DNA from: Thermoplasmata archaeon
GTDB taxonomy: Archaea; Thermoplasmatota; SW-10-69-26; JACQPN01; JAJPHT01
NCBI GenBank assembly: GCA_034667685.1
Contig: JAXDQU010000020.1
Location: forward strand, 1-39,386
Direction: 5' to 3'
Length of the DNA: 39,386 nucleotides
The notes under the pieces are model-generated. The model saw only the letters and a program-made list of their open reading frames with translations, had not been told where the DNA came from and did no database searches. The position numbers were made by a program, and so were the translations under genes. Positions 16,586 to 25,442 of the stretch are shown in pieces; position 1 is the stretch's first letter, and each line of letters opens with the position of its first letter.

Positions 16586-17059
16586 TCAAGACCGCTTCTT
16601 GGCCGCGGAGGGCGCACGTCCCCGGCGCGGCGGCGCGGGCTCCTCGTGCGTCTCGTGCTCGTGGTCGTCCTCGCCCCAGGCGTCGGCGTAGACCGCACCC
16701 ACCTGCAGGGCGCTCCGCGTGCCGCGCAGGGCGTCCACGAACCCGCGCACGCGGGCCGCCGGCCCCTCGACGACGAAGATCTCGATGCACGCCTTCCTGG
16801 CGTGGCCGTGCATCATGCTCCGCACGACGTCCGCGTACTCGTGGCGGATGCGCGCGAACGGCTTCTCCTCGCCGTGCGGATAGACGAGCGTGACGCTGGC
16901 GGACCGGTCGCCCTCGCGGTCCTCCGCGGCGGTCGCCACGAGGTAGTCGCGCAGGCAGGCGCGGAGCAGCTCGCTGCGCCCCGAGAATCCGCGCTTCTCG
17001 ATGAGCGCGTCCGCCTTCCCCAGGAGCGCGTCGGGGAGGCTGATGCTGACGACCGCCAT
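16586..17059 (-). CDS. nikR: NikR-family (CopG/RHH + metal-binding ACT) transcriptional regulator
   Basis: VVSISLPDALL..D..I...GFSGRSELLRACLR; H..MMHGH...C metal ligands; His/acid-rich tail. Confidence 0.85.
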   Translation of the reverse strand: MAVVSISLPDALLGKADALIEKRGFSGRSELLRACLRDYLVATAAEDREGDRSASVTLVYPHGEEKPFARIRHEYADVVRSMMHGHARKACIEIFVVEGPAARVRGFVDALRGTRSALQVGAVYADAWGEDDHEHETHEEPAPPRRGRAPSAAKKRS

Positions 17060-17171
17060 GGCCCCTTCGAGACGTTCCCTGGCTCAAATGGGTTCCTACG
17101 GTTCGCAATCTGGCTGCGAGATTTTCCTAGGTTCATGGAAATGACTATGAGCCTCCCGCGAATGGCCCCCC

Positions 17172-18089
17172 ATGCGCGCCGCCGCGCCGCTCCTCCTCTC
17201 CGCCCTCCTCCTGCCCGCGCTCGCGGGCTGCGCGAACCCGCCCGGGAGCTCGGCCTCGTCCAAGTCGCCCGACGTCATGGCGACGTTCTATCCCGTCCAG
17301 TTCCTGACGCAGCGCGTCGCCGGCCCCGATCTCACGGTCGGGAGCGTCGTCAAGCCCGGCACCGAGCCGCACGACTACGAGGCGACCGCGGCCGACATCG
17401 TGAACATCAACGACGCGAAGGCGCTCGTCATCATGGGCGCCGGCTTCGAGTCCTGGCTGAAGACCGCGCAGTCGCAGGCTCCCAACACGAAGCTCATCGT
17501 CTCCACGGAGGGCATCAAGACGCACGCGAACCCCAACGAGGCGGAAGCCAGGAACCTCCCCGCCGACCCGCACACCTGGATGTCGCCCGTCCTCGCGCAG
17601 CAGATGGTCCGCAACATCCAGAACGGGCTCGCCGGCGTCTGGCCCGACAAGGCGGCGACGTTCAAGGCGAACGCGGACCAGCTCGTCGCGGACCTCCAGG
17701 AGCTTGACCGCGAGTACCGCCTCACGCTCGCCCACTGCGCGGTCCCGTTCGCCGTCACGAACCACGCGGCGTTCGGATACATGGCGGAAGCCTACAACTT
17801 CACGCAGGTCCCCGTCAGCGGCCTCGATCCCGAGGCCGAGCCGGACGCGCAGACGGTGGCGCACGTCGTGGACGAAGCGAAGGCGCACAACGTGACGGTG
17901 ATCTTCTTCGAGGACAACGTGAGCCCGAAGGTCGCGCAAACCATCGCGGACCAGGTCGGCGCCTCGACCCGCGTCCTGAGCCCCATCGAGATCGTGCCCG
18001 AGGGACGCCAGAAGCAAGGCGCCGACTACTTCACGGTCATGCGCGAGGACATGAACGCCCTCCACGACGGAATGAAGTGCTCGCCATGA
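17172..18089 (+). CDS. znuA: Metal (Zn/Mn) ABC transporter substrate-binding lipoprotein
   Basis: LAGC lipobox; GTEPHDYE, DPHTWMSP, HAAFGY. Confidence 0.9.
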   Translation: MRAAAPLLLSALLLPALAGCANPPGSSASSKSPDVMATFYPVQFLTQRVAGPDLTVGSVVKPGTEPHDYEATAADIVNINDAKALVIMGAGFESWLKTAQSQAPNTKLIVSTEGIKTHANPNEAEARNLPADPHTWMSPVLAQQMVRNIQNGLAGVWPDKAATFKANADQLVADLQELDREYRLTLAHCAVPFAVTNHAAFGYMAEAYNFTQVPVSGLDPEAEPDAQTVAHVVDEAKAHNVTVIFFEDNVSPKVAQTIADQVGASTRVLSPIEIVPEGRQKQGADYFTVMREDMNALHDGMKCSP

Positions 18090-18859
18090 CGCACGACACG
18101 ATGCACGAGCACGCGCCCAACCCCCCAGGGAAGACCATCCTCGAGCTGCGGGAGGTCTGCGTCAACCTGGGCCGCGAACGTGTCCTCTCGAACGTGGACC
18201 TGCTTGTCCGCGAGGGCGAGTTCGTCGGCGTCGCCGGCCCCAACGGCGGCGGCAAGAGCACGCTGCTGCGCGCCGTCCTCGGGCTCGTCCCGACCTGCTG
18301 CGGCTCGGTCAAGCTCTTCGGCGTCCCGCAGGAGGAGTTCCGGGACCGGCGGCGCATCGGCTACGTCGCGCAGAACGCGGCGCACGTCGAAGTCGCGTTC
18401 CCCGCGAGCGCGGAGGAGATCGTCCGCCTGGGCCGCGTGGCGTCCCGCGGGCTCCTGCGCCGCCTCAACGGCGAGGACAAGCGCCTCGCCCTCGAAGCCA
18501 TGCGCGAGGTGGGCGTCGAGGGGCTCGCCAGGCGGCAGATCGGCGCGATGAGCGGCGGCCAGCGCCAGCGCGTCCTCCTCGCGCGCGCCCTCGCGAGCCA
18601 GCCCGATCTCCTCATCCTGGACGAGCCGACGACCGGCATCGACCCGCAGGCGCGCGACGACTTCACCCACCTGCTCGTGCGCCTCAACCGCGAGAAGGGG
18701 CTCACGACGCTCCTCGTGAGCCATGACACGGACATCCTCAGCCACGCCGCGACGCGGCTCGTCGTCATCGACCGGACGGTCCAGCACGACGCGCCCATCG
18801 ACCCGAACCAACCCCTCCCTGGACACCTGCATCTGCACGACCCGAGGCTTCGGCCATGA
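18086..18859 (+). CDS. znuC: Metal ABC transporter ATP-binding protein
   Basis: GPNGGGKST, MSGGQRQR, LDEPTTG, VSHD; ATGA overlap with the previous gene. Confidence 0.92.
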   Translation: MTHDTMHEHAPNPPGKTILELREVCVNLGRERVLSNVDLLVREGEFVGVAGPNGGGKSTLLRAVLGLVPTCCGSVKLFGVPQEEFRDRRRIGYVAQNAAHVEVAFPASAEEIVRLGRVASRGLLRRLNGEDKRLALEAMREVGVEGLARRQIGAMSGGQRQRVLLARALASQPDLLILDEPTTGIDPQARDDFTHLLVRLNREKGLTTLLVSHDTDILSHAATRLVVIDRTVQHDAPIDPNQPLPGHLHLHDPRLRP

Positions 18860-19710
18860 GCTTCCTCGACATCCTCCTCCACTACCAGTTCCTCCAGCGG
18901 GCGCTGCTGGCGGGCGTGCTCGTCGCGATCCTCTGCGGCATGCTCGGCGTCTTCCTCGTGCTGCGGCAGATGAGCCTCCTGGGCGACGGGCTCGCGCACG
19001 TCAGCTTCGGCGGCGTCGCCATCGGCCTCGCGTTCGGATTCTACCCCATCGGGATCGCGCTCGTGGCCAGCGTGCTCGCAGGCGTCGTCATCTACCTCCT
19101 GCGCGACCGCAACATCGTGAAGGGCGACACGGCCATCGGCATCCTCTTCACGGCCGGCCTCGCGGTGGGCATCATCGTCGTGAGCGCCACGGGCGGCTTC
19201 ACGGTGAACGCGAACAGCTACCTCTTCGGGAACATCCTCGCCATCACCGACCAGGACCTGCAGGTCGTCTTCGGCGTGGGCGCGCTCCTTGTTCTCCTCG
19301 TGTGGGCGTTCTACAAGGAGTTCTTCAGCATGACCTTCAGCGAGGAGGCTGCGAAGGTCACCGGCCTGCCCGTGGGCATGCTGAACATCGTCTTCGTGAG
19401 CCTCACCGCGGCCACCATCGTCGTCGCCAGCCGCATCGTGGGCGTCCTGCTCGTGAGCGCCCTCATCATCGTCCCCGCCGCCACGAGCCTCCAGCTCGCG
19501 CGCAGCTTCCGCGTCGCCATCGCGCTGAGCGTCGCCATCGGCGTCCTGAGCGTCGTGGCCGGCATGGTCCTCGCCGTCCAAGAAGGGTGGGCCACGGGGG
19601 CCAGCATCGCCATCGTGGCGATCGGGCTCTTCGTCCTGACGCTGGCGGGCAAGCGCGTCTTCCGCGAGCCGGTCGCCGAGCCGGAGCCGCCGGCTGGGGA
19701 CGCACGCTGA
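18856..19710 (+). CDS. znuB: Metal ABC transporter permease
   Basis: FLQRALLAG, GDGLAHVSFGG, YLFGNIL, VGVLLVSALIIVPA. Confidence 0.92.
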   Translation: MSFLDILLHYQFLQRALLAGVLVAILCGMLGVFLVLRQMSLLGDGLAHVSFGGVAIGLAFGFYPIGIALVASVLAGVVIYLLRDRNIVKGDTAIGILFTAGLAVGIIVVSATGGFTVNANSYLFGNILAITDQDLQVVFGVGALLVLLVWAFYKEFFSMTFSEEAAKVTGLPVGMLNIVFVSLTAATIVVASRIVGVLLVSALIIVPAATSLQLARSFRVAIALSVAIGVLSVVAGMVLAVQEGWATGASIAIVAIGLFVLTLAGKRVFREPVAEPEPPAGDAR

Positions 19711-19760
19711 GGCCGTGGGGCTCGCTCCCTCGGCTGGGGGGCGCCTCCCTGGGCCCCCTG

Positions 19761-19820
19761 GAACACGAAGGCACGAAGGCGCGAAGCCACGAAACTTCGT
19801 GTCTTGGTGCCTTCGTGTTC
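19761..19820. repeat. Inverted repeat (26-bp arms) with CACGAAG 8-bp units, related to the 2271 palindrome
   Basis: gaacacgaaggcacgaaggcgcgaag / cttcgtgtcttggtgccttcgtgttc. Confidence 0.88.
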
Positions 19821-19889
19821 GGGGGTTGGGGGCGGAGCCCCCGGCCCGGCCACACTCCCCAAGCATTCATATAGTGGTCCTCGCTTGGG

Positions 19890-20180
19890 CGGGCTACACC
19901 CTGAGTAGTCCAGACCAGACGCGAGGGGCAAGTCCGCAACCGGGAACGAACTCCGGACCCGCAAAAGGGTCCGAGGCACGCGCTTCGGCGCCGTTCGCTC
20001 TCGCGGATCCCCGCGCTCGATGCTGGTCGCCGCGCTCGCGCGGCGGTTCGGCGTCGAAGGAGACGTCACGGTTGGATGAAGGACGGGCTTCGGCCCGTTC
20101 GCTGATATCACGGGCAAGGCCCGCGATTCGCCAACAGAGCGCTCCGAGCGCAACTCGGAACGGCCTGGAGACGGACCGCT
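19890..20180 (+). ncRNA. Putative structured non-coding RNA / 5' leader of the rpl3 operon
   Basis: TATA-like TTCATATA at 19866; no credible ORF; multiple hairpins including two UUCG tetraloops, plus long-range helices. Confidence 0.55.
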
Positions 20181-20196
20181 CAAGGAGGAAGATACC

Positions 20197-21189
20197 ATGG
20201 GCCAGCCCCACAGACCAAAGAAGGGTTCGAAAGGCTTCTCGCCGCGCGTGCGCGCGAGCAGCCAAGTCCCCCGCATGACCTCGTGGCCGGTCGGAGGCGA
20301 CGCGCCGAAGATCCAGGGCTTCGCGGGCTACAAGGCGGGCATGACGCACGCGGTCGTCACCGACTACCGCCCCGAGTCGCTCACCAGCGGCCAGGAAGTC
20401 ACCGTCCCCGTCACCGTCGTCGAGGTGCCTCCGATGAAGGTCGCCGCGGTCCGTTACTACCGCGAGACGCCCTACGGCCTGCGCACGCTCGGCGAGCAGT
20501 GGGCGAGCGACACCGACAAGCGCCTCGGCGCGCGCCTCCCGGTCCCCAAGGCCCCGAAGGCGTTCTCGCCCGAGGCCGGCAAGGTCGACGACGTGCGCCT
20601 GCTCGCGTACACGCAGCCCAAGCTCGTGACCGGCACGCCCCGGAAGACGCCGGAGATCATGGAGCTGCGCATCGGCGGCGGCAAGATCGCCGACCGCATC
20701 GCGTTCGCCACCGAGAAGCTCGGCAAGGAGATCACGGTCGCGGACTTCACGGCCGTGGGCCAGATGATCGACGTCGCCGCGGTCACGAAGGGCCACGGCG
20801 TCAAGGGCGCGGTCCCCCGCTGGGGCGTCAAGCTCCAGGGCCACAAGGACTCGAAGAACCGCCGCGACGCCTCGCCGCTGGGTCCCTTCCAGCCCCGCTT
20901 CATCCGCTCGATGAAGGTCCCCATGCCCGGCCAGATGGGCTACCACAACCGCACCGAGTACAACAAGCGCATCCTCAAGGTCGGCACCGAGGGCGCGGAG
21001 ATCACGCCCGCCGGCGGCTTCCTCCACTACGGCGTCGTGCGCAACGGCTACCTGCTGCTCCACGGCAGCATCCCCGGTCCGGCCAAGCGCCTGATTCGCC
21101 TCCGCGAGGCGACGCGCTACCTGCGCGGCGTCGAGATCGCGGAGCCGCAGCTCGCGTACGTCAGCACCGCCAGCAAGCAGGGACGGTGA
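20197..21189 (+). CDS. rpl3: 50S ribosomal protein L3 (uL3)
   Basis: PKKGSKGFSPRVRA, FAGYKAGMTH, GQMGYHNRTEYNKRI; AGGAGG SD. Confidence 0.98.
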   Translation: MGQPHRPKKGSKGFSPRVRASSQVPRMTSWPVGGDAPKIQGFAGYKAGMTHAVVTDYRPESLTSGQEVTVPVTVVEVPPMKVAAVRYYRETPYGLRTLGEQWASDTDKRLGARLPVPKAPKAFSPEAGKVDDVRLLAYTQPKLVTGTPRKTPEIMELRIGGGKIADRIAFATEKLGKEITVADFTAVGQMIDVAAVTKGHGVKGAVPRWGVKLQGHKDSKNRRDASPLGPFQPRFIRSMKVPMPGQMGYHNRTEYNKRILKVGTEGAEITPAGGFLHYGVVRNGYLLLHGSIPGPAKRLIRLREATRYLRGVEIAEPQLAYVSTASKQGR

Positions 21190-21194
21190 TATCG

Positions 21195-21956
21195 ATGGTC
21201 AAGGTCAACATCTACAGCAAGACGGGCGCGGCGAACGGCGAGGTCGAGCTCCCCGCGGTCTTCGAGACCGAGTTCCGCCCCGACGTCATCCGCAAGACCG
21301 TCAACTCGGCGCAGGCCAACCGCCGCCAGGCGTACGGCCCGAGCCCCCTCGCGGGCCACAAGCCGGAGCACTCCGTGCGCTCGGGCCAGGGCATCTCGCG
21401 CGTGCCCCGCGCGACCCAGGGCGGGAACGCCGTGTTCTCCCCCGCGGTCGTCGGCGGCCGCCGCGCGCACCCCCCGCGCGTGGACAAGGTCTGGTCCGAG
21501 AAGACCAACAAGAAGGAGCGCGCCCTCGCGCGCGCGAGCGCCCTGGGCGCGACCGCCAACGAGGACGCGGTCCGCACCCGCGGCCACCAGTTCAAGGAGG
21601 GCCTCACCCTGCCCGTCGTCGTCGACGACGCGGTCGAGGCCATCGAGAAGACGAAGGACCTCGTCACCGCGCTCGAAGCGATCGGCGTGGGCGACGACCT
21701 CGTCCGCGCGGACGAGGGCAAGCACCAGCGCGCGGGCCGCGGCAAGATGCGCGGCCGCCGCTACAAGACGCCCAAGTCGATCCTCTTCGTCGTGTCCGGC
21801 CTCGAGGCCCCGGTGCTCACCGCGGCCCGCAACCTGACCGGCGTGGACGTCGCGACGCCCGAGATGCTCTCGACCGAGCTCGTGGCGCCCGGCGGCGACG
21901 CGGGCCGGCTCGTCGTCTTCACCAAGAGCGCGCTCAACGCCCTGGAGGCGATGTAA
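21195..21956 (+). CDS. rpl4: 50S ribosomal protein L4 (uL4)
   Basis: FRPDVIRK, GGRRAHPP, RAGRGKMRGRRY, APGGDAGRL. Confidence 0.97.
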   Translation: MVKVNIYSKTGAANGEVELPAVFETEFRPDVIRKTVNSAQANRRQAYGPSPLAGHKPEHSVRSGQGISRVPRATQGGNAVFSPAVVGGRRAHPPRVDKVWSEKTNKKERALARASALGATANEDAVRTRGHQFKEGLTLPVVVDDAVEAIEKTKDLVTALEAIGVGDDLVRADEGKHQRAGRGKMRGRRYKTPKSILFVVSGLEAPVLTAARNLTGVDVATPEMLSTELVAPGGDAGRLVVFTKSALNALEAM

Positions 21957-22226
21957 GTGGTCCACTCCACCCCCTACGACGTGATCCTGCACCCGTTCGT
22001 GACCGAAAAGACGATGGGCAGCATGGAGCGCGAGAACAAGCTCGAGTTCGTCGTGCGCCGCACGGCGACCAAGCCCGCGATCCGCAAGGCGATCGAGGAG
22101 CTCTTCAACGCCAAGGTCGCGAGCGTCAACACCAAGGTCGGGACGGACGGCCAGAAGCACGCGGTCGTGCGCTTCTCGGACGACGTCAAGGCCGAGGACA
22201 TCGGCACTCGCATCGGAATCTTCTGA
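21957..22226 (+). CDS. rpl23: 50S ribosomal protein L23 (uL23)
   Basis: HPFVTEK, ENKLEFVV, gene order. Confidence 0.96.
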   Translation: MVHSTPYDVILHPFVTEKTMGSMERENKLEFVVRRTATKPAIRKAIEELFNAKVASVNTKVGTDGQKHAVVRFSDDVKAEDIGTRIGIF

Positions 22227-22235
22227 GGTGAACGA

Positions 22236-22949
22236 ATGGGCAAGCGACTCATCACGCAGCGCCGCGGGAAGGCATCCCCGGTGCACATGTCGCCGGGTCA
22301 CCGGCACATCGGGCCCGCAAAGCACCCCAAGGTCCCCAGCAACACGGTCGGCGAGGTCGTGGATCTCATCCACGCTCCCGGCCGCAGCGCTCCGGTGGCC
22401 GAGGTCAAGGTGCAGGACGGGCAGACCTACCACGTCATCGCCGCCGAGGGCACCAGCGTCGGCCAGCGCATCTCGTTCACGTCGAGCGAGATCAAGCCTG
22501 GCAATCTGGCGTACCTCCACGCGATCCCCGAGGGTACTCCCATCTACAACATCGAGGGCCAGCCCGGCGATGGCGGCAAGTTCGTCCGCGCCGCCGGCAC
22601 CGCCGCCTTCGTGACCGCGCGTGAGGCCACGCGCGTCACGGTGCGCATGCCCTCCGGCCAGTTCAAGCAGTTCCACCCCTCGTGCCGCGCCACCATCGGC
22701 GTCACGGCGGGCGGCGGCCGCGGCGACAAGCCGCTGGCCAAGGCCGGCAAGGTGTTCCACAAGTACCGCAGCACGGGCGCGCTCTTCCCCCGCGTGCGCG
22801 GCGTCGCCAAGAACCCCGTGGACCACCCCCACGGCGGCGGCAACGCCCACCGCAAGGAAGGCAAGCCCACGACGCTCAAGCGCGGCACGCCCCCGGGCCG
22901 CAACGTCGGTCACATCGCGGCCCGTCGCACGGGCCTCAGGAAGGGGTGA
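22236..22949 (+). CDS. rpl2: 50S ribosomal protein L2 (uL2)
   Basis: MGKRLITQRRG, PRVRGVAKNPVDHPHGGG. Confidence 0.98.
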   Translation: MGKRLITQRRGKASPVHMSPGHRHIGPAKHPKVPSNTVGEVVDLIHAPGRSAPVAEVKVQDGQTYHVIAAEGTSVGQRISFTSSEIKPGNLAYLHAIPEGTPIYNIEGQPGDGGKFVRAAGTAAFVTAREATRVTVRMPSGQFKQFHPSCRATIGVTAGGGRGDKPLAKAGKVFHKYRSTGALFPRVRGVAKNPVDHPHGGGNAHRKEGKPTTLKRGTPPGRNVGHIAARRTGLRKG

Positions 22950-22955
22950 TAACAC

Positions 22956-23420
22956 ATGGCCGACAAGCCCGCACCCAAGCCGAACGCGACGACCCGTCGC
23001 CAGCGCAAGAAGAAGATGGCCGTCGACACGCGCCGCCAGGTGGAGTTCCTCTACCGCGGCCAGTCGATCAAGGACATCGTGGCCCTCCCGTGGGACCAGC
23101 AGCTCCAGCTCATGCCGAGCCGGTCCCGCCGGTTCTTCGGCCGCGAGCTCGACCACGACACGCAGGTCTTCTTCGAGAAGGTCAAGGCCGCCGCGGAAGG
23201 CGACGAGCTGCGCACGCACCTGCGCGACTTCCCCGTCATCCCCGCGATGGTCGGGAAGCTCGTCCACATCCACAACGGCAAGGAGTTCCAGAAGATCGGC
23301 ATTACCAGCGAGATGATCGGGCACAAGCTGGGCGAGTTCGCCCTGACGCGCAAGGCCGTGAAGCACACGGGCCCCGGCGTCGGTGCCACCCGGTCGTCCA
23401 AGTTCATGCCGCTGAAGTGA
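22956..23420 (+). CDS. rps19: 30S ribosomal protein S19 (uS19)
   Basis: RTHLRD, EMIGHKLGEF, GATRSSKFMPLK. Confidence 0.97.
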   Translation: MADKPAPKPNATTRRQRKKKMAVDTRRQVEFLYRGQSIKDIVALPWDQQLQLMPSRSRRFFGRELDHDTQVFFEKVKAAAEGDELRTHLRDFPVIPAMVGKLVHIHNGKEFQKIGITSEMIGHKLGEFALTRKAVKHTGPGVGATRSSKFMPLK

Positions 23421-23430
23421 GGTGAAAAAC

Positions 23431-23904
23431 ATGGCTTACGGATATGCGGCACAGAACGTGGACCCCGAGACCACCTCGAAGGCAGTCGGTCGGGAGATCC
23501 CGGTGAAGCCCAAGTTCGCCGTCAACGTCTGCAAGGCGATCAAGGGCAAGAGCGTGAAGCAGGCGCGCACGTTCCTCGAGGACGTGACGAAGCTGAAGGC
23601 CGCGGTTCCCTTCCGCGTCCACAAGCGCCAGGTCAAGCACCGAGCCGGCGGCATCGGCCCCGGCCAGTACCCCGTGAACGTCGCGAAGGCGACGCTGCGC
23701 ATCCTCAACGACGCGGCGTCCAACGCGGAGTACAAGGGCCTCGACCCGGACAAGATGTACGTCTGGCACGCCTGCGCCCACCGCGGCGCGCCCATCCCGG
23801 GCATCATGCCCCGCGCGCAAGGCCGCGCCACGGCGTGGGACAAGAGCACGAGCCACATCGAGATCGTGCTCAAGAACGAGAGCGAAGAGAAGGCGGAGGA
23901 GTGA
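23431..23904 (+). CDS. rpl22: 50S ribosomal protein L22 (uL22)
   Basis: VPFR, GQYPV, PRAQGRA, SHIEIVL; GGTGA SD before ATG 23431. Confidence 0.97.
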   Translation: MAYGYAAQNVDPETTSKAVGREIPVKPKFAVNVCKAIKGKSVKQARTFLEDVTKLKAAVPFRVHKRQVKHRAGGIGPGQYPVNVAKATLRILNDAASNAEYKGLDPDKMYVWHACAHRGAPIPGIMPRAQGRATAWDKSTSHIEIVLKNESEEKAEE

Positions 23905-23906
23905 AC

Positions 23907-24905
23907 TTGGCGGTCGAACGCAAACTCATCAAGGAGCACAAGAAGCGCGTGGCCGTCCGGGAATACCTCCACCGCGAGACCGAGCGCGCGGGCTTCGGCG
24001 GCGCGGAGATCAGCCGCACGCCGATGGGCACGCGCATCGCCCTCGTCACCGAGCGCCCGGGCTTCGTCATCGGCCGCCGCGGCGAGACGATCAAGAAGCT
24101 CACCAAGAACCTCAACGAGCGCTTCGGCCTGGACAACCCCCAGATCGAGGTCAACGAGGCGCAGGACCCCTCGCTCAACCCGCAGATCATGGCGCAGAAG
24201 CTCGCCGAGGCGCTCGAGCGCGGCTGGCACTTCCGCCGCGCGGGCCACTCGACGCTCCAGCGCATCATGGACTCGGGCGCCAAGGGCTGCCTGATCACCA
24301 TCGCGGGCAAGCTCACCGGCGGCCGCAAGAGGACCGAGAAGTTCCTCAAGGGCCACATCAAGTGGTGCGGCGACACGGCCATCACGCAGATGACCTACGG
24401 CTACGCCACCGCGAAGAAGAAGCTCGGCATCATCGGGTGCAGCGTCGCCATCATGCCGCCCGGCGCCGTCCTCCCCGACGAGGTCGAGATCCACGGCGGC
24501 ATGAAGGGCGGCAGCCACGCCCCCGCGACGCCCGCGCAGGAAGCCCCGCGCGAGCAGGCGCCCGGCATCACCGCGCAGGGCCGCGGCCACGAGAAGAAGG
24601 GCCAGGTCGCCGGTCTCACGACCGGCATGTACGGCCAGGCCCCGGTCAACCGCCCGACGCCGGCTGCCCGCCCCGCGCCCGCCCCCGAGGCGGCCCCCGC
24701 GGACGCGCCGGCCGGGAAGCTCGAGGGCCCGGTCAACGAGGTGCCCGGCATCGGCCCCAAGAAGGCGGAGGCCCTCAAGGCCGCCGGCTTCCAGACCATC
24801 GCGGACCTCGACGAGGCCAGCGTGGACGACATCGGCGCGGTCGAGGGCATCGGCCCGAAGCTCGCGCTCAAGATCAAGGACGAGCTGAAGAAGCTCCGGA
24901 AGTGA
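23907..24905 (+). CDS. rps3: 30S ribosomal protein S3 (uS3) with C-terminal linker and helix-hairpin-helix domain
   Basis: RAGFGG, RPGFVIGRRG, LERGWHFRRAG; TTG start after GGAGTGA; C-terminal VPGIGPKKAEAL..VEGIGPKLA. Confidence 0.96.
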   Translation: MAVERKLIKEHKKRVAVREYLHRETERAGFGGAEISRTPMGTRIALVTERPGFVIGRRGETIKKLTKNLNERFGLDNPQIEVNEAQDPSLNPQIMAQKLAEALERGWHFRRAGHSTLQRIMDSGAKGCLITIAGKLTGGRKRTEKFLKGHIKWCGDTAITQMTYGYATAKKKLGIIGCSVAIMPPGAVLPDEVEIHGGMKGGSHAPATPAQEAPREQAPGITAQGRGHEKKGQVAGLTTGMYGQAPVNRPTPAARPAPAPEAAPADAPAGKLEGPVNEVPGIGPKKAEALKAAGFQTIADLDEASVDDIGAVEGIGPKLALKIKDELKKLRK

Positions 24906-24911
24906 TAGCGA

Positions 24912-25112
24912 ATGAAGACCAGCGAACTGCGTGCCCTCTCCCCGTCGGACAGGGAAGCCAAGCTCAAGGAGACCCGCGAGGCGCTCATGAACGCGCGTGG
25001 CGTGGCCGCCATGGGTGGCGCTCCCCGCAACCCGGGCGAGATCCGCAAGCTGCGGACCACCATCGCGCGCATCCTGACCATCGAGAACGAGGAGGCCCGC
25101 AAGGCGCAGTGA
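24912..25112 (+). CDS. rpl29: 50S ribosomal protein L29 (uL29)
   Basis: NPGEIRKLRTTIARILT. Confidence 0.96.
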   Translation: MKTSELRALSPSDREAKLKETREALMNARGVAAMGGAPRNPGEIRKLRTTIARILTIENEEARKAQ

Positions 25113-25145
25113 TGCGCCTGGGGACTCCGGAGGAAAACCGAATCC

Positions 25146-25442
25146 ATGAGCCAAATGTGTGACGTCTGCGGTCTCCCCAAGGAGATCTGCGTCTGCGAAG
25201 AGATCGCCCGCGAGCAGCAGGAGATCCAGATCTACACCGTCGCCCGTCGCTACGGGAAGATGGTGACGATCGTGGAGGGCCTCACGACCGACATCGACGT
25301 GAACGGCCTCTGCTCCGAGCTGAAGGGCGCGTGCGCCTGCGGTGGGACCGCCAAGAACGGGACCATCGAGCTCCAGGGCGATCACAAGCAGAAAGTGAAG
25401 CAGGTCCTCGAGAAGATGGGCTTCAATGCGGAGTTCAAGTAA
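25146..25442 (+). CDS. sui1: Translation initiation factor aIF1/SUI1
   Basis: CDVCGLPKEICVC, RRYGK, CACGGT, IELQGDH. Confidence 0.96.
   Translation: MSQMCDVCGLPKEICVCEEIAREQQEIQIYTVARRYGKMVTIVEGLTTDIDVNGLCSELKGACACGGTAKNGTIELQGDHKQKVKQVLEKMGFNAEFK

Noticed and set aside
19890-20180. RNase P RNA or SRP RNA
   Set aside because: Only loose echoes (gaggggcaagtcc, aacaga). The GAGGAAAGUCC / ACAGAA..GGCUUA P4 pair and the SRP helix 8 motif are not present, so it is left as an unassigned structured RNA pending cmscan
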